Positions 28,931-42,812 are shown, numbered from the stretch's first letter. The stretch is 64,000 bases of DNA from Octopus sinensis (GCF_006345805.1 NC_042998.1:200942001-201006000); one strand, 5' to 3'. Numbers and translations: made by a program. Notes: generated by a model from the letters alone, not told the origin.

Positions 28931-29490
28931 TGCGTAGGTGCATAAATTGGCACAGTCATACGTCAAATTCCACTTGGCGGCACACTGGACGCGTATTCCA
29001 TATCATAGTTTCACTTCGACCAAATCGTTGACTCTTAAAATCCGGTGTAGCACATCTAACAGTTCGTTCTAGGTCGATTCGTCTCTCTTGCCTTTACTTC
29101 ATGTCTTGGTACAATTTTCATATAATCCTCCTACGCAGCCGACAAATTAAATATAAAAAAATGGAAATAATATAGATTCGACTACAATGTATGTGGGGTG
29201 GTGCACTTTTATTACATCGGTTTACAGCCATGAACACGTACAACAAAGACGCATGCGCACACACGCACACACATCAACAAATATACATCTAAATAATGCT
29301 TATGTGTGTGTGTGTGTAGTTATTTGTGTGTACATATGTGTGTATTTGTCCATATTTCAGCATATGGGTAAAATTTCTTTTACCGAACAGGAGGGCAGAA
29401 CCCTCTTCGGATTGAGAGATGCAGCCTAACCATTCTCCGCTGAATTATTCTACAACAGCTTTTGTGTTTCTGATGTCTACGGCCAAATAT

Positions 29491-29905
29491 TCTCTTTACT
29501 CTCTTTTACTCTTTTACTTGTTTCAGTCATTTGACTGCGGCCATGCTGGAGCACCGCATTTAGTCGAGCAAATCAACCCCGGGACTTATTCTTTGTAAGC
29601 CCAGTACTTATTATATCGGTCTTTTGCCGAACCGCTAAGTGACGGGGACGTAAACACGCCAGCATCGGTTGTCAAGCAATGCTAGGGGGACAGACACACA
29701 AACACACACACATACAAATACATATATATATATACATATATACGACAGGCTTCTTTCAGTTTCCGTCTACCAAATCCACTCACATGGCATTGGTCGGCCC
29801 GGGGCTATAGCAGAAAACACTTGCCCAAGATGCCACGCAGTGGGACTGAACCCGGAACCATGTGGTTGGTTAGTAAGCTACTTACCACACAGCCACTCCT
29901 GCGCC
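29491..29905 (-). mobile_element. SINE family A (full length)
   Basis: Near-identical to 8545-8970 and 33758-34158, with a (agtaaaag)n tail. Confidence 0.9.
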
Positions 29906-30818
29906 TGTTTTTTTTTTTGTTTTTTTTCTTTTCACATTTTCATCAGCCCTTCCAATTTTGCATCACCCTGCTTCTCCTTTTTCTCTCATGATTTCTTATG
30001 TTCAAACGTCCTGAATTTCAAATACAACAGATCATATGTTCAAAGCCTAGGGATTGCTCGAAGACATGAATGCTTTATAAAATCCTGCGTAGACATGTGT
30101 CTTTACAGTAAGAAACTATTAGTAGGTTGTATTTTTATACTGTCTACAGTACATTACACACACACAACACAGACACACAGACACACACACACACACACAC
30201 AAACACACAAACACATTCATGCAATCACTAAGGCGATAAAAAGTTCATGTATAATACATTCCTTTTAGATTGTCGATACAATTACTGAAACAATTCCCCT
30301 AAGTAGTTATTTGATATCACTGCAATAATCTTCTTTTTTGAACTTCTTCATATTTCCCCAACCTTTTTATAAAACATTGTACTAATCATTCTGCTTATCG
30401 TGGCGGCTTACATCAGATAAAAACTTTTTGATATTCATTTTTCTATGGCTCTATATATTATTTATATGGCGGATGCACTATTGTTATACACTTCTTTGTA
30501 TTAATGATTCAATTTGATATAAATCAATGGCATACTTACCCGTATTAGACTGTACAATTGTATGTTGAATAAAAGGTGGAAGGATATAGATAACATCGGA
30601 AACAAAATGAATAAGTTCAAATCATGATAGAATTAATGAACATATACGAGATCAATGAGAATACAGAAATACTAAATAAACAGATCGTTAATAAATAGAA
30701 AGATACACACGAATGTATTTTGAACGACGTTTGGGTTGGTGGAAGTCGTATTGTTGAATTGGTGATTAATCATGTATGCATAAACAGGTATACTAAGAGA
30801 CACAAACAATTATACGTA

Positions 30819-31325
30819 CCGTAAATCCTCGAGTATAATCCACCCTTGTGTATAATACGCAGGGGATGTTTAGGGGGCCGTACCTCTGAAAAACCTAAAC
30901 CTTGTGTACAATACGCACCCCTTCTCTAACTTGAGTCAAGGACATCTACGTCCTTGGTATGTAAAAATGTATACGGTAACGTCCTTTATTATTATTGTAT
31001 ATATTACATAATGCAAACGTCTAGCTTTTTTGTGCATTGTGTTTGCAGAAAATAAAGAAATAACAGCAATAACGTTTAATAAATGTTGCTTACTGCATGT
31101 TATGGATGATTCTTTTATGACTTCATTGCTTTCAGGCTTAGTTTAATGTATTTTCGCACCCGACATCATAAAATACGTCTTAATAAACATTGCCGGACAG
31201 CAAATAGAGCCTCGGACATTGCTTGGAAAATATTTCGTATTTTTTAACCTCGTATATAGTATGCACTAGGGATTTGACCTTTAAATTTTTGGAAAAAAAT
31301 GCGGATTATATTCGAGGATTTACAG
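30819..31325. mobile_element. Tc2/pogo-type MITE
   Basis: TIRs ccgtaaatcctcgagtataatcc / ggattatattcgaggatttacag, flanked by TA at 30817-18 and 31326-27. No ORF. Confidence 0.85.
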
Positions 31326-32923
31326 TATATGTATATCTTAATGGTATTAATATCTATACGTATGGATCAAATGCTAGTGTTAGTTGGTCATGTATCTAAT
31401 CAGGCTCTAATTACCCAAGCGTATATATAGAAAAGACAATTCCGGATTTTAGTCAATGAATAGTTTTTAAACATTCCTTGTATATAGTGTACAGTGGTGA
31501 TTATGGCCTATAATATGTACGATATGGGGAATAAAAGTACTATCGATATGGAAAAGGGATACTACTATTGCAAACGGTATGTTTTGTATGAATTTCATAT
31601 ATTCCTCAGTAATTTCATTAACATTGAAAACACTTGAAAAGGTTTCAGTGAAATCGAACTTATACTATTGTTGAAGCCATCTCAGTATCATAAGCATATC
31701 CATCTAGTCTGATATTTTCGCCTCAGGTACGTTTCGGTACATTCTATTTATTTCATAGACATAATCATGGATTGCTCAAGAACTCTAATAACATCTGGGC
31801 TGAATTAATAACCAAGTCGTTGCTTTTCACTGATTACCTTTTCTTCTATTGTAGTAGTTACCCTCACCCATTTGATGTTATTAATATCCACTCATCGATT
31901 CATCCATCCATCTAACTTCTTTGCCCACTATTCTGAGGAGAGTCACGGGGACAGAGTCCCTAGATTCTTCCTCTATAGGGTGCTATCAAATGCAACTGTC
32001 ATTACATTTGCCAGATTTCCCAAGTGTGGACAACTAACATTATGTGTAATGTCCAACCTCTGTTACTTTGCTTACCCACTTGTATCCTATCAGTCAGCTT
32101 AGGTTGAAGGAACCATCTTGCTATTCTTTCGAATCACATGCCTGTAGTATACGAGCCGTAATCTCTTAAGACAGAGAAGTAGTGCCCCGACATGGAATTT
32201 GAGCGAATGCCTTTATTTATTGATTCTTTATATTGTCACGAGTTTACAAATTCCTATGAGAGAAGGATGATCAAATCTCGCACGTCACTCAGGTGGATTC
32301 GTTGCTAGTCAGCACCCACGTAAATTCTGAGGCAAAGGTTATGTTATCCACATATCTTCAGGCTGCTCCAAACATCAATAAATACAAGAACTGATTCTTT
32401 CGCATGAAAAATACGTTACATAACACCTGTCTCTGCATCGAAGTAATTACAGAAATATTTTATTTTTAAGACTTATTCACTGGTCTATTGTTTAAAACCG
32501 GATAATAATAATGTTTTAACATTAGCATAATGATAATTTCATCGAAACCTTAGTATTCCTCACCGAGATAATGCTAATTTTTAAAAACAAATAGATATGA
32601 TCTGATAAAATTAGTGACAATAAGCTGCGTTGCCAATATATTTTGTGAGAACTGACAAGTTGGCTAAAATCGTATGTGGTGTTGTGAGATAACAGTTCGG
32701 TGTACAAGCCTCAGTCGGATTAAAATCATTATACATATGAGCTGTACAATGGCACAGAATAAAATAAAACGAAAAGAACAACGACTAAACAGACAGGTGT
32801 AAACGATTGTAAAATGTTAATTACCAGTGTGAGAAAATGGAAACGCGGAGGAGGAAAGAATAGACACCTGGAAAAATTTTTTATCTGAGTGAGCGAAGAG
32901 ATTGTTAGTGAAAACGTGTGTTA

Positions 32924-32956
<33 letters not shown>

Positions 32957-33427
32957 TGTGTGAGCGCATGTGCATGCGCGTGCGCTGATTATGACAGACA
33001 CATGAGTATACGCACAGTGAAAAAGAGAGAGGGAGAAATAAAGGGGGAGAAAGAGAGCGTGTGTGAGGGGGGGAATAACAAACCGATAACGGTTTTTTGA
33101 AGGTGGAACAATGACACGCAGAATGTTTTGTACGTAGGGGAAATTCCCGTTCGGTTAACTTTTAATAAGGTTTAGCGCTCTGATCTTTCGAAAACTCCTC
33201 TACATGAAAACAGATTCATTGATCCCGAATAATAAACGACAGTTTATAGTATGAATATCTACAGTTATTTATTTATTTATTTATTTTGAAATCTAACAAT
33301 ATATTTGAATAGGATAAATCTATGTGATTGTAAAGCAGATTAGCTTTTATATGGCTATGTGTGCGCATGCGCGCACGTGAGTCTAGTGGGTATCTCTACT
33401 CACGTTATACTCACATAAATGATGTAT

Positions 33428-33720
33428 AGGCGCAGAAGTGGCTGTGTGGTAAGAAGCTTGCTTCCCAACCACGTGGTTCCGGGCAAATGTCTTCTACTAT
33501 AGTGTGTGTGTGTGTGTATGTGTGTGTGTGTGTATGTGTGTGTGTGTGTGTGTGTCTGTGTGTGTGTGTTTGTTTGTCCCCCTGTCACCACTTCAAAACT
33601 AGTGTTAGTGTGTTCGGCAAAAGAAACAGAATAAGTACCAGGCTTAAAAATAAATACTGGGACCAATTCATTCGACTAAAAACTCAAGGCGGTGCACCGG
33701 CAGGGCCACAGTGTAATATC
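33428..33720 (+). mobile_element. SINE family A, diverged and deleted copy
   Basis: Head ggcgcagaagtggctgtgtggtaag, internal (TG)n, partial tail. Confidence 0.75.
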
Positions 33721-33726
33721 TGACGC

Positions 33727-34572
33727 GGGTTGGAAGTTCATGTCATTGTTATGCCTAGGCGCAGGAGTGGTTGTGTGGCAAGACGCTTGCTAACCAACCA
33801 CATGGTTCCGGGTTCAGTCCCACTGCGTGACATCTTGGGCAAGTGTCTTCTGCTATAAGCCCGGGCCGACCAAAGCCTTGTGAGTGGATTTGGTAGACGG
33901 AAACTGAAAGAAGCCCGTCGTATATATGTATGTATATATATATATGCGTGTGTGTGTTTGTCCCCCTAGCATTGCTTGACAACCGATGTTAGTGTGTTTA
34001 CGTCCCCGTCACTTAGCGGTTCGGCAAAAGGGACCGATAGAATTACTACTGGGCTTACAAAGAATAAGTTCCGGGGTCGATTTGCTCGACTAAAGGCGGT
34101 GCTCCAGCATGGCCGCAGTCAAATGACTGAAACAAGTAAAAGAGAGTAAAAGAGAGAGTGTGCCATATATTTGGTTTTGTATTTAGTGTTGTACTAGTCA
34201 ATGTCTAAAAAAAACATACGAAAATTATGTTTGTTTTAAAATTTGAGATTACATAGAAAATATTTTGCGTAGGATATGAGCAGTTCCCATGAGCACTATC
34301 TTTTGAATTTGCCATTTTGGGGTTTCTTGGTATCTGAGTTAGGCAGCAATCAGCCCCTTTTGCTATGATTCCCTATGACAACAGGTATTGTTTTAGTCTT
34401 CAGGTTCCGCATTTTATTCTTCAGGTTCCGCATTTTGCTGATTTCTATTTTCAGATCTTTATATTTGCTCAGTTTTTGGTAGGTCTGACAAATATGTTTA
34501 TATCGATTGGGACAGTCATATCAATGAGGAGGCATGTTCTTTGTCTGAAGTCTTTCAATATGATGTCTGGCC

Positions 34573-34578
<6 letters not shown>
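33727..34578 (-). mobile_element. Short R4/Dong-like 3' fragment interrupted by a SINE
   Basis: 33727-33757 and 34159-34578 are collinear with 34894-35358 (RPDIILKDF...ILRKI and the 3' UTR). The fragment abuts (TAT)n. Confidence 0.8.
33758..34158 (+). mobile_element. SINE family A (full length) nested in a Dong-like 3' UTR
   Basis: Complete head-to-tail family A sequence. Confidence 0.9.
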
Positions 34579-34657
<79 letters not shown>

Positions 34658-34778
34658 AACAGATTAGACTGTTCGAAAAATAATTTCTCATATTGACCAG
34701 CGATAAGTAACCTTAAATGTCAAAACCTCCTCCTAAGTATCGTAGCTATTCCTAATAACACTGTTATTATTATTATTA

Positions 34779-34821
<43 letters not shown>

Positions 34822-34822
<1 letters not shown>

Positions 34823-36800
34823 TATGTTTGACTTTTGCTTTATATTTGTACAAGTTGGCTCCAAGTCTCACCCAGAGACCTCAAGAGACAACAGGGTTGG
34901 AAGTTCATGTTGTTGTTATGCTAGTGGCCATATATTTGGGGGGGGGGGGGATGTTGTACTAATGAATGTCTAAAAAAAAAAAACTGTTTTTTTTTTTTTT
35001 TTTTTTAAACCGAAAATTATGGTTGTTTTAAACCTTGAGGTTACATAGAGAGTATTTTGCGTAGGATAGGAGCAGTTCCCATGAGCACTATCTTTTGAAC
35101 TTCTGCCATTTGTGGGTTTCCTGGTATCTGAGTTAGGTAGCTATCAGCCCCTTTTGCTATCATTCCCAGGGCACCTATGACAACAGGTATTGTTTTAGTC
35201 TTCAGCTTCCACATTTTGCTGATTTCTATTTCAAGATCTTTATATTTGCTCAGTTTTTGGTAGGTCCTGACAGATACGTTTATATCGATTGGGACAGTCA
35301 TATCAATGAGGAGGCATGTTCTTTGTTTGAAGTCTTTCAATATGATGTCTGGCCTATTTGCATCTATCTTCCTGTCAGTTTGAATGGTGAAGTTCCAGAG
35401 GAGTGAGATGTGGTCATTTTCAAGCACTGGGGGGTGGTTTTTGTGTCCCACCAGTTTTTTTCATGGGGCAAATCCAGGTTTTTACAGATTACCCAGTGAA
35501 TATATTGTGCAGCTCTATCGTGCCTGTTGAGATACTCTGTAGGCGCTAGAAGACTGCACTTGGAGACCACATGGTCAATGGTTTCATTTTGTTGCTTGCA
35601 TACACGACACGTTGGACTGCTTCTGATCTTTAATATGTTGGCCTGGTAGTTTCTTGTTGGTAGGCATTGATCTTGAGCTGCTATGATAAACCCCTCTGTT
35701 TCAGATTTTAAGCCAGAGGCCATTAGCCATTGATGGGTCAGGGCTTTGTCGATATCTGCATTATTCGCTCTCTTTCGGTATTTGCCGTAGAGAGGTTTTC
35801 TTGCCATTTATTATTCAGAATATCTAAGGCCGCAGTTTTGGCACGGGTTTTCATGCGCCTAGCTTTTTCTGTGCTTGTTTCTTGTATGTCTATCTCTAAT
35901 TCCGAAATTGGTTGTATTCGGAATTCACTTAGATATTCCTTTGCCTGTTTTGTGACTGAGTATGATGCTTTCTTGTTTTCATGTTTTGAGACAGGTTTTA
36001 ACATCCAGTCCTCAGAGTTTTTCAGGTAGGTGTCTAGGCCAATTGTAGCAATCTTCATTGTTATTGCCAGTTGCAAAAGACCACGGCCTCCCTCTTTTCT
36101 TGGCAGATAGAGTCGTTCTGTATCTGCCTTAGGGTGGTGCATTCTATGCATTGTCAACAGTTTCCTTATTTTTCTGTCGAGCTGACATATTTCAGTAATT
36201 GACCAGTTAACATATTGAAACTGTAAGTCACGACTGGTATAGCTAATGCATTGATTGCTTCGATCCTGTTTCTTGCATTCAGCTCTGTCTTGAGTATTGC
36301 TCTCACTCTTCGATAGCATTCTCTCCTGATCCTTTCCTTCATCTCTGAATGCCTTATTCCGTTCCCTTCAATTACCCCTAGGTACTTGTAGCTCTCCGCG
36401 GGCGGGTCTAGTTCTTTTATGACATTCTGTTGGTCAAGGTTAACGTTAGATGTTTCTGTCATTTTTCCTTTGATAAAGGTAGCCTTTGCACATTTATCGA
36501 GGCCGAATTGCATTTGATGTCGTCACTGAATTGTTTGACTATCGCTAGTAAGCCCTTGAGTTGTTGATCATTGTTGCAAAAAGCTTTAAATCATCCATGT
36601 AAACGAGATGATTTATATTTTTATCAAACATTTTATACCCGTACTGCGCGTCATTGAGCAGCTTTGAGAGAGGTATTAAGGATAAACAAAAGAGGAGTGG
36701 TGACAGTGAGTCACCCTGGAAAATGCCACACGAAATTTTACATCACCAGCATTTAGGGATTCACTGTCACTGTTCAGAGTTAGTGTGGTCTCCATGATCT
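34822..36800 (-). mobile_element. R4/Dong-clade non-LTR retrotransposon, 5'-truncated, frameshifted, in (TAA)n
   Basis: GIFQGDSLSPLLF, HLVYMDDL, FGLDKCAK, YKYLG, LYLPRKEGGRGL, AAQDQ..TRNY, zinc motif CRVC..ETIDHVVSKC..YLNRHD, and REL motif NRPDII..LIDMTVP..KLSKY. (TAA)n lies on both flanks. Confidence 0.92.
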
Positions 36801-38834
36801 CATATATTATATATATTATTATTATTATTATTAGTATTATATTATTATTATTATTATTATTATCATTATTATTATTATTATTATTAATTAATTATTAATT
36901 AATTAATTATTTAATTAATTAACTAACTAATTTATATGATATTTGTACATTTACCCGCTTAAATGGGCTGCTCGTGTATTGACGGGTATATATCATGTTA
37001 ATGGAAATATTAATTTACTGAAATTCAGCAACAGAAATCCAAGCAATGAAAGTCTAACGTCTGAAAGTGAGGTTTTCTCTTTTATAGCATAGAATATATA
37101 TTTATTTCATATTTGCAGTCTTTATAAATATTTATCTATTTCAATAGAGATATTTCGCTACAGATCTAAACTGTTCACAACGATTATTGTTGTCATATTA
37201 TTAAAGCTGTATATATTTTAGATAATTATACCACGATTGAATAAATGAGAGAGAATAGTGCATCCTACTTATAAAGAAGAGAAGATTATATTGCAGTTTT
37301 ACACAAGGTGCACACAATGCAAATATTTTGTAAAAATTGCACTAAATCGCATAATGTAATATATATTCGACACCCTCTGAATGTGCATTACAATGTGTAA
37401 AGGAAAGTAAAATGTCCTTTGTAGGTAATTGCTGTGTTGGATGTTGCTGCACATATATTGCTGATACTATATTTCAAGTGATGGTTCATTGTTTGGGTAA
37501 GAACTTCACCCATTCATATGTAGGCGTTTATTTCCAATATGGAATAAATATGTCACAAATAAGCATAGATTTTTAAAAAATTATAATTCACCTCGTACAC
37601 ACTCTGCCATACATATCTCTTTGTAACTCGATTCACATGGTCACATATTATCGCGGAATATAAGCCAGAGTGCTTGGCGTGTTTTTAGAGAGAGTAACCT
37701 CTCTAATACAAAACAATGTCATATATTCTCAGGAATTAGTTGTCGTCATCCGGTACCACCTCACATAACGTTCCAAGGAAGTTTTAAGTTATGTAACGGT
37801 CACAATAAGCAAATAAATTCGATTTACAGCCTAAAAATGAATCGGATTCTTGTCAAATCTCAAAAGCTCAGAAATAAAGCGTGTCCTTCAACTAATCTAG
37901 TCTCTTGAATAAATTGACCATTCGAGTAATGTCCACAGAATACTCAAGCCAAAAATACCGCCAAGTATACATAGTTTATATTCATGGTAGAAGATTTTGT
38001 TTGAAATTTGACGAGGAGGTAATTTCAATGACAACACAGCTGCTAGGGAATTTTCTTAGACGTATCTATATCGAAAATTTAAATAACGGTTTTCGTTTTT
38101 TATAAACGTAAATGCATAAAAAATAATTATTATAATAATGATAAATCATTGAACCTGGCGCTTGCCGGCATTTTTGGTGCATGAAAGGTCAATTAAAAAT
38201 GTTGAAGGATATATTAAAAAAATTCTTGCGATATTCTACTAAAATGGATTTGTATTATCCTGCACGTTACAAGAAATTAGTTCTACATTACAAATGCAAA
38301 ACTCAATCCCAGTCGGATCCCAGATTTGGTTGTAAATATATAAATTTTTGAAGAATAGAAGTTGAGTGTGAGAAGGAAGCTATTGGAGCTACTGCATTTT
38401 CTCTAGCAATGAAGGAACTGGTGAGTAAATTTCAGATCATAAGAATTGGTTTGATAAAGATATAGGATATGTCCTAATACATTAATATGTACTGCGTTCG
38501 TTTGTATTCTGAATTCAGTTTTTTACGGGCCCAAGTGGCAGTCTGAATATTCTTCTATGAATTAATTTCAGACGTTATCTAATAATATTTATTTGTTACT
38601 CCATAATATCCAACCAGCGATGACTATGATATCGAAATATTTTTACTCTATGTTTATTATATGTTAGATTTTATTGTTTTAGTTTTCACTACACTCTCAA
38701 GATTGGCAGCGATAGTGTGATTTATAATGTGTGAAACCTCACCTTCCAATAAATAATATCATTCAAATAATAATATTAATTTCGCGTTCTTATATTTTGT
38801 TCACGCATACATATTTACACACGCTTACGCACCA

Positions 38835-38881
<47 letters not shown>

Positions 38882-39099
38882 GGAACAATATGTATGCATC
38901 TATATATATATATGAATCCGTATATGTTCATACATAAGTGTATGTGTATTTACGTGTATCATTAACGATATCAAGTGTAGTCCATGGTGTATATTATATA
39001 TATATATATATATTATATATATATATATATATATATGTTTTCGTACACGTGCGTTCACTACAGCATAGAGTAGTTTAGCTCTTATTTCTAGCAATGTAG

Positions 39100-39199
<100 letters not shown>

Positions 39200-39328
39200 A
39201 AGGGATTTGTATGATTGTATATAGAGGGATATATATTATTCAAAGAAATTCCAACTCTGTCTGTTTTTATGCTTTATTTATATTCTTTATATAGTTGAAA
39301 CTGAGTTGAAACACTCATGTCACAAACT

Positions 39329-39372
39329 GAGGTCTCGAAGACGGCTTTAATGCAAGAAAGTATACTAGTTTC
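39329..39372 (+). ncRNA. Highly degenerate hammerhead-like remnant
   Basis: ctcgaaga-cggctttaatgcaa-GAAA-gtatac-TA, with palindromic agtatact, inside a (TA)n-flanked ~250-bp block. The first core box is non-canonical. Confidence 0.25.
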
Positions 39373-39517
39373 TTAATATTTGATATTCAATATTTCATCT
39401 ATTCAATAAGACAATCAACACTTCATTTCAGTTTACTATATATATTATTTACACTCTATATTCTATTTCTCCTTTTTGATGAAACCTTCCAAACTGACGT
39501 TTATTAATTATATATAT

Positions 39518-39584
<67 letters not shown>

Positions 39585-39602
39585 CATATATATATGTCTG
39601 GT

Positions 39603-39922
39603 CTGGTGGTACGTAAAAAGCACCATCCGACTCGTAGCCGATGCCAGCACCGCCTCGTCTGGCTTCCGTGCCGGTGGCACATAAAATACACCAAACCGAC
39701 CGTGGCCGTTGCCAGCCTCGCCTGGCACCTGTGCAGGTGGCACGTAAAAAGCACCCACTACACTCACGGAGTGGTTGGCGTTAGGAAGGGCATCCAGCTG
39801 TAGAAACACTGCCAGATAAGACTGGAGCCTGGTGCAGCCTTCTGGCTTCCCAGATCCCCGGTCGAACCGTCCAACCCATGCTAGCATGGAGAACGGACGT
39901 TAAAGGACGATGATGATGATGA
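39603..39922 (+). mobile_element. RTE-related SINE 3' part with internal ~60-bp tandem units and (GAT)n tail
   Basis: Three ggtggcacgtaaaaagcacc-like units, the motif ttggcgttaggaagggcatccagctgta, and a gatgatgatgat end like the RTE at 1-262. Confidence 0.75.
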
Positions 39923-40007
39923 TATATATATATATATACCTATACAAACAAACATAATATATTTATGTGTTTGTGTGTGTGTGAATCTATCAACGTCAGT
40001 AAGGACA

Positions 40008-40297
40008 CGTGGGGTTCGTGGTTTGCGTATTCGGTTCATCATCGTAAAGTCGTGAATTCGAAATGTGGTGATTTGTTGTGTTCTTGAAGTAGACATTTTA
40101 ATTTTACATTACTGCAATCCATTCAGCTGGCGTGGAAGATTATTCCCTGTATTTCCAGGGACCGGCTTGTCACATTTTACGTTAATGGTACATATGACGG
40201 TCTTGTGCTCAGCTACTTGCACGTTAATTTCATGAGCAGACTTTTCTGTAGATCAGATGAAATGGAACACACGTCGTCGTAACCGACGGAGTGCCGA
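40008..40297 (+). mobile_element. Old tRNA-derived SINE (separate family)
   Basis: Decayed tRNA-like head (gtcgtgaattcgaa), a ttgtgttcttgaagtagaca core, and a 3' gtcgtcgtaaccgacggagtgcc. Confidence 0.5.
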
Positions 40298-40399
40298 AGT
40301 AATATACATATATAGAAAGAGGTGTTACATGACAAAGGAGTTTAATGCATATATACACATTGTAAAGTAACACGTCTAATGTTGGCTGTAAATTTATCC

Positions 40400-40620
40400 T
40401 CGTAAAAACTCAGATAATATTCCTAACTACATAAACTTTCCAAAACAAGCTTTTAAAAGTTATGTGTCTGAATTAGCACAATATAAAATAATGACAGGGG
40501 AATCTGGCAGTGCCGATGCAGAAACCGCTACTATTTATCATGAGCATCTGAAAATTGTTTCCCTGGACAGGACTGCACAAAACAGTAAGGAAGCGATTTC
40601 GATCTGGCGTGACTAATAGA
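40400..40620 (+). mobile_element. Tigger/pogo transposase remnant
   Basis: HNIK..MTGESGSADAETATIYHEHLKIV resembles the GExxSAD linker of pogo/Tigger transposases. Frameshifted. Confidence 0.45.
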
Positions 40621-40805
40621 CCTATATATGTTGTACTCTGTGCCTATAGAAAAGGATTTTCTTCATTCATGAGATTGGTGTAGATGCTTGTTTTCTTTTT
40701 TCTGTTGAATGTCTTCTCAAATTATGATTCTGATTACATCCTCGACTGATAACAAGAAAATTCTATGGTAATTAGCTTCGGGTAGCAGGATTTTGCGCGT
40801 TACAG

Positions 40806-40837
<32 letters not shown>

Positions 40838-40841
<4 letters not shown>

Positions 40842-41305
40842 TAGTTGAATGAATTATCTTGTTATGGATAATTCGGTTAACCGATACCTGGGTAGCAAAT
40901 TCACGTCAGAAAAACACGGTTGAAGCTACATGCCAAGGGCAGAGATCACGTGCTTTCGTGTGGGCATTTGTGTGTTTTTTTCAATACAAATAAATGAAAG
41001 AATGGAGTTGAACGACGAATTAACAAAATTCCTTTATTCTCGACATATGTTTCGAAGGCTGCATATTCCTAATTTTGAAGGAATAAGGGGTGCATTATGC
41101 CGCCTTCTCATCAGGAAAAACAAGGAACTTATGTCAGCATCAAGATGAACAAAAACATTTAGATCACTGCCCACACGGAGCCCATAGCGATAATGAGTGT
41201 TTCTTTAAAGAAGCACCCATTATCGAAATTAGGAATATGCAGCCTTCGAAACATATGTCGAGAATAAAGGAATTTTGTTAATTCGTCGTTCAACTCCATT
41301 CTTTC

Positions 41306-41311
<6 letters not shown>
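40838..41311. mobile_element. (TA)n-flanked fold-back element: arms 40990-41078 / 41223-41311
   Basis: ~89-bp near-perfect inverted arms, with a unique tail at 40838-40989. Contains an intact HHR on the minus strand. Confidence 0.85.
41037..41119 (-). ncRNA. Type I hammerhead ribozyme, canonical core
   Basis: ttttc-CTGATGA-gaaggcggcata...tatgcagccttc-GAAA-catatg-TC-gagaa. Stem I is 5 bp, stem II is 11/12 bp with a G-C closing pair, stem III is palindromic (acatatgt), and the triplet is GUC. Confidence 0.85.
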
Positions 41312-41340
<29 letters not shown>

Positions 41341-41345
41341 AAGTT

Positions 41346-41378
<33 letters not shown>

Positions 41379-41411
41379 GTATATGTATGTGTTACGTATA
41401 TATTATATATG

Positions 41412-41470
<59 letters not shown>

Positions 41471-42505
41471 CATATACGAGGGTATGTATTCATATGCTTA
41501 TATAAGTATGAATGTATACACACCAGTTATCGTATGTTTCTCTTCGTATATATGTGATGTTACTATACATATGGGAAACGTTCAAAGAAAATTAGTATAT
41601 TGCATAATTAGTAGGTAACTTAAAATTCTAAATGAGGTGATTCTAAGCGAAATCTTGAGTAAATCTTAGTTTTAGACATATAATATACTTTATTGTGCAA
41701 TTCTGACTTATTTAAAATTGGGTATGAATTGAAAAGCAAACCCATGATGAATAAAGTTTTTTGGGGAAAAAACGCAATGAGCACTTAAATTTCTTTGAAA
41801 TAGATATTCCCAGAATCAGGTGTCCCTGAGTGTTTAAAATACGCAGTGATAAACACAGGTTTTAAAGACTATCATTTTTTTTTTTATATAAAAACAATCC
41901 TTTTTTCAATCTCAAATGCGAGTTTCTTTTTATTCATTAAGAGTTATTCCGTTTTATATGTGAATATTTATACTTCTTTCTATAACAGAAATAGTTGAGT
42001 AATGTAGTTAAGGAGAGTGATTCATGGCTCACAAAACTGTATATGACACTTGAGTTGAGAATAAGTTGCTTCTGTAGAATGGTGAACAATTGATAGAGTT
42101 TCAGCGGAAAGAAAAAAACGTTTCTGGTAGGCATATTTGATGATTACATCGTATGTTGCATAAGATTGCATAAAAAGCATATTTCAAATCATCGGTACAT
42201 TCATGTGTATTGCGTACCCAAAAGCAGGAAATTTATATTTTATGGCAAATATAATTTGAAAAATGAATTCACAGTTTGTTTCGATTGGATGTTGAAATTA
42301 TTATACACAAGGTATTTCGAATCAAATAATGGACTGCAAGCCTGAAGAAACTAATTATAACAAGTTTATTAATTTAAATGTCACACCCACTAAGATTTCG
42401 TTAAACTTTTATCTATAAAACGCATATAAATACAGATGTGTAAAAATATATGACTCAATCCAAATTATATGTTCAAATTATTTTTTTTTTTTTTTTTTTT
42501 TTTTT

Positions 42506-42812
42506 GTACTTGTTTCAGTCATTTGACTGCGGCCATGCTGGAGCACCGCCTTTTAGAGTGGTGAAAGAGTACAGCAGGGATCACCACCATCCCCTGCCGG
42601 AGCCTCGTGGAGCTTTTTAGGTGTTTTCGCTCAATAAACACACAAACAACACGGTCTGGGAATCGAAACCGCGATCCTACGACCGCAAGTCCGCTGCCCT
42701 AACCACTGGGCCATTGCGCCTCCATTATGTGTTATATAATATATATTTTTTTTATTTTTTAATTTTTTATCTAGTTTCAGCTCACGAGCTATGGCCATGC
42801 TGGGGCACCGCC
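42506..42812 (-). mobile_element. Composite: SINE-A tail (42506-42553), tRNA-like SINE head (42555-42724), short stem-loop tail element (42770-42812)
   Basis: The head has A box tggcccagtgg and B box ggtttcgattcc. Both tails begin with ggcggtgc.ccagcat.gcc. Confidence 0.75.

Noticed and set aside
39603-39755. CRISPR-like repeat-spacer pattern (ggtggcacgtaaaaagcacc x3)
   Set aside because: The context is eukaryotic, the spacers are related to each other, and there are no cas genes. These are internal tandem units of a SINE.
42650-42724. tRNA gene
   Set aside because: It has A/B boxes but no complete cloverleaf or acceptor stem, and it continues into a SINE body. The same applies to the SINE-A and SINE-B heads.
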